Shown here in pieces: positions 28,202 to 32,000 of a stretch of DNA of 32,000 nt. Each line of letters starts with the position of its first letter. Within the stretch, counting starts at the first letter, position 1. Source of the DNA: Synechocystis sp. PCC 6803 substr. PCC-P (GTDB taxonomy: Bacteria > Cyanobacteriota > Cyanobacteriia > Cyanobacteriales > Microcystaceae); assembly GCF_000284455.1 (NCBI RefSeq), contig NC_017039.1:2010001-2042000 (forward strand), given 5' to 3'. A program made the translations under genes and the position numbers. The notes beneath the pieces are model-generated. The model saw only the letters and a program-made list of their open reading frames with translations. It did not search any database and was not told where the DNA came from.

Positions 28202-28558
28202 ATGGATACGTTAAACGTTAAGGGAATTCGAGCCTATGGTTACACTGGCTACTTCGATGCAGAACAGTTTTTAGGGCAATGGTTTGAGGTTGATCTCACC
28301 ATCTGGATCGATTTGGCCAAGGCTGGGCAGAGCGATGACCTAAACGATACCCTCAACTATGCGGATGCGGTGGCGATCGTGCAAAAGCTCATCCGTGAGT
28401 CCAAGTTTAAAATGATTGAAAAACTGGCCGAGGCGATCGCCGATGCCATTTTAGGAACAGGCAAAACCCAGCAAGTAAAAGTGGCCCTGACTAAGTGCCA
28501 GGCTCCCATTCCAGATTTTGACGGGGATGTGACCCTAGAAATTCTTCGGAGTCGTTAG
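28202..28558 (+). CDS. folB: Dihydroneopterin aldolase
   Basis: 'MDTLNVKGIRAYGYTGYFDAEQFLGQWFEVDLTIWIDL...SDDLNDTLNYADAVAIVQKLI...AEAIADAIL' matches FolB. ATG 28202 fits the family N-terminus better than the track start at 28106. Confidence 0.88.
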   Translation: MDTLNVKGIRAYGYTGYFDAEQFLGQWFEVDLTIWIDLAKAGQSDDLNDTLNYADAVAIVQKLIRESKFKMIEKLAEAIADAILGTGKTQQVKVALTKCQAPIPDFDGDVTLEILRSR

Positions 28559-28568
28559 ATTATTTAAG

Positions 28569-29189
28569 GTGTTAACCATGGGTTGGTCTAACATACTCAG
28601 TTTGTTTGGGGCGATGTTGATCCTAGCGGCTCTTCCCAGCTTGAGTGTGTTAACCGTTTCGAGTAAAAGTGCCAGTGGTGGTTTTATTCATGGCTTATTT
28701 GCGGCCCTTGGCGTTGTTTTAGGCGATATTATTTTTATTCTCATTGCTCTCTGGGGTTTAGCTTTTTTACGGGGGGCAATGGGCGATTTTTTTGTCATTC
28801 TTAAATATATCAGCGGCATTTATTTAAGTTGGCTGGGAATTAACACTATCCGAGCCAAAGTTAACAATCAAAGTCTGGCCAAGGTAGATGTCAAATCCCT
28901 CTCTTCTAGTTTTTCCGCCGGATTGCTCATAACTTTAGCCGATCAAAAAGCTGTCCTGTTTTACCTGGGCTTTTTACCCACTTTTGTTGATGTCAATAAT
29001 ATTGCCTATCTTGATATCGCAGTCATAATCTTAACCGCCATTCTGACGGTGGGAGGTGTAAAAATATTTTATGCTTTTCTTGCCCACCGCTCAGGGCTAT
29101 TAATCAGTAGACAAAATAAACGGATAATGAATTATTTAGCCGGCGCTCTAATGATTTCCGTTGGTGTATTTTTGCTTATTTCAAGCTAG
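28569..29189 (+). CDS. LysE/RhtB-family transporter (ATG at 28578 is the more likely start)
   Basis: 'SLSVLTVSSKSASGGFIHGLFAALGVVLGDIIFILIALWGLAFL', 'KYISGIYLSWLGINTIRAK' and 'ADQKAVLFYLGFLPTF' with several TM helices. Confidence 0.85.
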   Translation: MLTMGWSNILSLFGAMLILAALPSLSVLTVSSKSASGGFIHGLFAALGVVLGDIIFILIALWGLAFLRGAMGDFFVILKYISGIYLSWLGINTIRAKVNNQSLAKVDVKSLSSSFSAGLLITLADQKAVLFYLGFLPTFVDVNNIAYLDIAVIILTAILTVGGVKIFYAFLAHRSGLLISRQNKRIMNYLAGALMISVGVFLLISS

Positions 29190-29307
29190 CGAAGGTCAAT
29201 CAATTGGGTAAATTCCATACAAAAAAGTGACCGCCATCTCCACTACCAGGAAAATGGCGATCGCCAATATGATCAACGTGATCAACAACTATTAGGAAAA
29301 CAAAAGT

Positions 29308-30486
29308 TTAGTATTCGGTCACGCTGGGATCCACTTCCCGACTCCAAGCAGTGATACCCCCTTTAACATTGATGCCTTCAATGCCGGCCTCTTTAAGCAG
29401 AGATAAAGCTTTGGTGGAACGCCCCCCCAATTTGCAATGGGCGATCAAAATGCCCTCGTGGCCGTCTAGCAATTCTTTGACCTTGTCAATGCCATGGCCT
29501 TCTTCAATGTCCGGCAGAGGCACTAGTACGGAGCCAGGGATCCGGGCAATATCATATTCATTGGGATTACGAACATCTAAGAGGATAAAGTCTTTTTCTT
29601 GACTTTCCATCAAGGCATGCAACTCTCGTACTGTCATTTCCGACAGAGCAGAGGCCTGTTCTGCTTCAGCGGCTTTGGCCTGGGGAATGCCGCAAAACTG
29701 ATCATAATCGATTAATTTTTCAATGACCGGCCGCACAGGATTGGGGCGCAGTTTCAATTCCCGGAATTTCATATCCCAGGCGTTGAACAGCAGCAGACGA
29801 CCGCTGAGGGTGTTGGGGGCTCCCAAAATGATTTTTAGTGCTTCCGTTGCCTGAATCGTACCCACGATGCCCGGTAATATACCTAAAACTCCCCCCTCGG
29901 AACAGGAAGGTACCATCCCCGGCGGTGGCGGTTCTGGATAGAGGTCACGGTAGTTTGGCCCCCCTTGGTAGTTAAACACCGTAGCTTGTCCCTCAAAACG
30001 GAAAATGGAGCCGTAAACGTTGGGCTTATTCAACAGCACACAGGCATCGTTGGTTAGATAACGGGTGGGAAAATTGTCCGTACCATCGATGACAATGTCG
30101 TAGGGGGCAATGATGTCTAGAGCATTGGCGGAGGAAATCTGGGTTTCGTAGAGGTCCACCTGACAGAAAGGATTAATTTCCATAATGCTCTGCTTGGCAG
30201 ACTCGATTTTGGGCTTGCCTACCCAGGAAGTGCCGTGGATGATTTGCCGTTGCAGGTTGGAAGTATCAACAATGTCAAAATCCACCAAACCGATCCGTCC
30301 TACCCCCGCTGCAGCCAGATAGAGTAGCAATGGGGCACCTAGACCCCCGGAACCAATGCACAGGACACTGGCGGCCTTGATACGTTTTTGGCCGTCGAGC
30401 CCCACCTCCGGCAAAATAATGTGGCGGGAATACCGTTGGTAGTCGTCTTGGGAGAGTTCAATCTCTGCTAGGTTTGGGTTAAGCAT
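29308..30486 (-). CDS. moeB: Molybdopterin/thiamine biosynthesis adenylyltransferase (ThiF/MoeB family) with C-terminal rhodanese domain
   Basis: 'YSRHIILPEVGLDGQKRIKAASVLCIGSGGLGAPLLLYLAAAGVGRIGLVDFDIVDTSNLQRQIIH', then rhodanese 'FILLDVRNPNEYDIARIPGSVLVPL...ILIAHCKLGGRSTKAL'. Confidence 0.94.
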   Translation of the reverse strand: MLNPNLAEIELSQDDYQRYSRHIILPEVGLDGQKRIKAASVLCIGSGGLGAPLLLYLAAAGVGRIGLVDFDIVDTSNLQRQIIHGTSWVGKPKIESAKQSIMEINPFCQVDLYETQISSANALDIIAPYDIVIDGTDNFPTRYLTNDACVLLNKPNVYGSIFRFEGQATVFNYQGGPNYRDLYPEPPPPGMVPSCSEGGVLGILPGIVGTIQATEALKIILGAPNTLSGRLLLFNAWDMKFRELKLRPNPVRPVIEKLIDYDQFCGIPQAKAAEAEQASALSEMTVRELHALMESQEKDFILLDVRNPNEYDIARIPGSVLVPLPDIEEGHGIDKVKELLDGHEGILIAHCKLGGRSTKALSLLKEAGIEGINVKGGITAWSREVDPSVTEY

Positions 30487-30621
30487 TGCTGTTGTTCACG
30501 GAAAATCATCGTCGGGACTATGGCCGCAACGAACCTATCATTTTAGTCTTTTTGGCGGCGGCACTACCATGGTTTTGGTGTGAAGATTGTTAAATAGAAT
30601 TCTTATTTTTGCTTAAACAAT

Positions 30622-31026
30622 ATGGCTACTCTCCAGGATTCCCGGGATAAGAATGTGTTGGGCGGTGACCTCAAATGTTGCTGTAAGTCACCGTTGACGG
30701 GCTTTTACCGTAATGGTTATTGCCAAACGGGGCCGACGGATTTCGGCCGCCATGTGGTTTGTGCCCAGGTGACAGCGGAATTTTTAGAGTTTTCCAAAGC
30801 CCGGGGCAATGATCTTTCCACACCCCAACCGGCTTACCAATTTCCCGGATTAAAACCAGGGGATAAATGGTGTTTATGTGCGGCCCGCTGGCAGGAAGCA
30901 AAGGATGCGGGCATGGCTCCGCTGGTGGATTTAAGTGCCACCCATGTTTCTGCGTTGGAGGTGATCAATTTGGATGCATTGATTCCCCATGCGTTGCCAG
31001 GACAATTTTCACCGGAAGAAGAATAG
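30622..31026 (+). CDS. DUF2237-like conserved protein
   Basis: 'KNVLGGDLKCCCKSPLTGFYRNGYCQTGPTDFGRHVVCAQVTAEFLEFSKARGNDLSTPQPAYQFPGLKPGDKWCLCAARWQEA' resembles the DUF2237 pattern. Confidence 0.85.
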   Translation: MATLQDSRDKNVLGGDLKCCCKSPLTGFYRNGYCQTGPTDFGRHVVCAQVTAEFLEFSKARGNDLSTPQPAYQFPGLKPGDKWCLCAARWQEAKDAGMAPLVDLSATHVSALEVINLDALIPHALPGQFSPEEE

Positions 31027-32000
31027 ATGATTGACCAAATTATTGATGAAGTTACGGATTCAGATCCCTATCAAGAATTGTTGGTAACGGCCGATGGCGT
31101 TGCCGAAGGCACACTGGGTGTCCGCCTGGATAAATGGTTGGCGGAACAGCTACCAGAGTTGTCCCGTTCCCGTTGTCAAAAATTGATTGAGTCGGGGCAG
31201 GTGCAACGCAATGGGTTAGTTTGTCAGGATAAAAACTTGATCCTCAAAACTGGCGATCGCCTGGTGGTTAATATTCCTGAGTTGATTCCTTTGGATGTGG
31301 TGGCCCAGAATATTCCCTTGGATATTTTGTATGAGGATGAACAGTTAATTATCATCAACAAGCCAGCGGGATTGGTGGTGCATCCCGGCCCTGGTCATCC
31401 CGACGGCACAGTGGTTAATGCTTTGTTGGCCCATTGTCCCGATTTGGCTGGCATTGGCGGCGTGCAAAGACCGGGCATTGTCCACCGTTTGGATAAAGAC
31501 ACCACTGGAGCGATGGTGGTGGCCAAAACTGAATTAGCACTGCATAACCTACAGGTTCAACTCAAGGAGAAAACTGCTCGCCGTCTGTATTGGGGCATTG
31601 TTTATGGATCTCCAAAGGAAATTCAAGGCACGGTCAATCTCCCCGTGGGCCGTCATCCCGGCGATCGCCAGAAAATGGGTATTGTCCCGGTGGAAAAAGG
31701 GGGTCGGGAAGCGGTTACCCATTGGCGACTGTTGGAAAGGATTGGGAACCACAGTTGGTTGGAATTTCAGCTAGAAACGGGCCGTACCCACCAAATTCGG
31801 GTACACAGTAAGCAAATGGGCCATCCTTTGGTAGGGGATAATCTCTACACTTCCCCTGGCAGTGTCAACGTCAACCTGCCCGGCCAAGCCCTCCATGCCC
31901 ACCAGCTTTCCCTCATCCATCCGGTGAGCGGAGAAATAATTACGGCGATCGCCCCTATGCCAGCCCATTTTGAAAAGCTGTTGGTTTATTTGCGGCAAAG
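31027..32000 (+). CDS. rluD: RluA/RluD-family 23S rRNA pseudouridine synthase with S4 domain (3' end outside window)
   Basis: 'RLDKWLAEQLPELSRSRCQKLIESGQVQRNG' (S4), 'INKPAGLVVHPGPGH', 'RPGIVHRLDKDTTGAMVVAKT' and 'ETGRTHQIRVH'. ATG directly follows the stop of the preceding gene. Confidence 0.94.
   Translation, partial: MIDQIIDEVTDSDPYQELLVTADGVAEGTLGVRLDKWLAEQLPELSRSRCQKLIESGQVQRNGLVCQDKNLILKTGDRLVVNIPELIPLDVVAQNIPLDILYEDEQLIIINKPAGLVVHPGPGHPDGTVVNALLAHCPDLAGIGGVQRPGIVHRLDKDTTGAMVVAKTELALHNLQVQLKEKTARRLYWGIVYGSPKEIQGTVNLPVGRHPGDRQKMGIVPVEKGGREAVTHWRLLERIGNHSWLEFQLETGRTHQIRVHSKQMGHPLVGDNLYTSPGSVNVNLPGQALHAHQLSLIHPVSGEIITAIAPMPAHFEKLLVYLRQ

Larger units (their letters stand above)
200..31961. 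repeat. HIP1 octamers (GCGATCGC), dispersed; not a contiguous feature
   Basis: Read by eye at, among others, 200, 1912, 5338, 5604, 6570, 6846, 10925, 12391, 12591, 13011, 13478, 14433, 15624, 16642, 17072, 17501, 18910, 20090, 21313 and 22565, with more up to about 31.95 kb. This is far above the roughly one per 65 kb expected by chance. Confidence 0.93.

Noticed and set aside
29308-30486. MoeB-like plus rhodanese fusion considered as a novel architecture
   Set aside because: This fusion is already well known in bacteria and eukaryotes (MOCS3/Uba4-like), so it is not a new finding.
1-32000. CRISPR arrays, tRNA/rRNA genes, transposases, prophage or retron elements
   Set aside because: No regularly spaced direct repeats, no recognised tRNA or rRNA segments, and no transposase, integrase, reverse-transcriptase or phage structural motifs in the translated ORFs.

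Overview
This window is cyanobacterial chromosome and almost certainly comes from Synechocystis sp. PCC 6803 or a near-identical strain. The basis is recalled protein sequences that match here (sucrose-phosphatase, apocarotenoid oxygenase, RpaB, ArsC) plus many HIP1 octamers (GCGATCGC). No database was searched. The content is mostly housekeeping and metabolic: 3' end of an arsenite exporter, arsH, arsC, rpaB, a CCB-like assembly factor, a Uma2-family nuclease-like protein, an ABC-F ATPase, natD-type permease, a TlyA-like methyltransferase, ispD, fbp, spp, a STAS protein, mini-RNase III, an RlmB/TrmH methyltransferase with a repetitive basic N-terminus, a DUF1816-like protein, cysS, maf, a CPBP protease, apocarotenoid oxygenase, clpS, GT2-GtrA, ppa, ndhM, a lipoprotein, nagZ, a NUDIX hydrolase, folB, a LysE-type transporter, moeB, a DUF2237-like protein and rluD (partial). 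No CRISPR array, tRNA, rRNA, transposase or prophage was recognised. The best candidate for something poorly described is the tight three-gene minus-strand cassette at 7879-10063. It encodes a coiled-coil protein with a J-domain-like HPD segment, a TPR protein and a small basic helical protein. Secondary points are a probable AUU (ATT) start codon on the STAS gene, a dispersed inverted-repeat element seen in two clear copies, a hairpin/T-tract immediately before the CPBP gene, and the DKPR-rich tail of the RlmB-like enzyme.
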